Source: Okamejei kenojei (taxonomy: Eukaryota). Taken from it: 64,000 bases of DNA. The stretch spans positions 22,382,001 through 22,446,000 of the forward strand of contig CM069165.1 in NCBI GenBank assembly GCA_035221665.1, given 5' to 3'. Shown piece after piece: positions 63,391-64,000 of this stretch. The translations under genes were made by a program, and so were the position numbers. The first letter of the stretch is position 1. Every line of letters begins with the position of its first letter. The notes beneath the pieces were generated by a model. It did no database searches. It saw only the letters and a program-made list of their open reading frames with translations, and had not been told where the DNA came from.

Positions 63391-64000
63391 CTGACATCAT
63401 TCACCCCATCAATCTTGGTTAACATTAAACAGCCACTGTGTGTCCAGTAACCCTTTCGCGAAGGAGACTTTGAAAGAGGACTAAGGCCAATCTCCCTTGC
63501 GGCGTTATATCTACCACTGGCCTTTGTCTTTTGATCGATTGAGAGGGACAATTACTTGGATGAGAAGCTTTAGGTCAACAAGTTAACCACATGCATAGCA
63601 GAGGGCAGAAGGGAATTAAATGCATTACGTTGAACTTTCCATGATGCCCCAAGCCACTTTACAGCGTCTGAGGTAATGTTGGAAACACAGGAGCCAATTT
63701 ACCCACAACAAGCTTCCACAAACAACACGTACACAGGCTGAACCAGAAACGTCACCCATTCCTTCTCTCCAGAGATGCTGCCCTGTCCCGCTGAGTTACA
63801 CCAGCTTTTTGCGTCTATTATCTTCAAACTATTCATTGGTTCATTGCTGAGATTGGGCTTGTGCTATCTATTTTAATGAGTCCAATATTTATTGAGGAAT
63901 ATTTTATTAGCTGGGAAACTTGGAGAACTCTCAGATCTTTTTACAATACTGGCCATGTGTTGAGAGTCATGACATGTAGCAAATCTTGGCCTTTCATGCC

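Overview
This is vertebrate genomic DNA. The repeat complement (CR1/HER1-type LINE ends, HE1-like V-SINEs, Penelope-like fragments) suggests a cartilaginous fish, probably a skate or ray; that assignment is inference. Three genes lie in the first 30 kb. They are the last coding exon and 3'UTR of SAR1A (+), a complete 4-exon TYSND1 (+; 558 aa, His/Asp/Ser triad, C-terminal SKL) and a complete DDIT4/REDD1 with two coding exons (-; 234 aa, TATA promoter). From about 30 to 64 kb I recognise no host-gene exon, only dense retroelement and MITE remnants plus N blocks. The most striking feature is a 12 x 45-bp tandem array built from the DDIT4 3' splice site itself. Every unit carries a branch-point-like motif, a pyrimidine-rich tract, CAG and the first exon bases, and is in frame and stop-free (DYGSLILSVATLNVA). 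This gives 12 potential in-frame acceptors. Also notable are Penelope-derived short repeats carrying a minimal hammerhead-like core, and a cluster of MITEs with CAAAG termini and 8-bp target-site duplications (TSDs), resembling P elements. Repeat boundaries are approximate unless a TSD is given.
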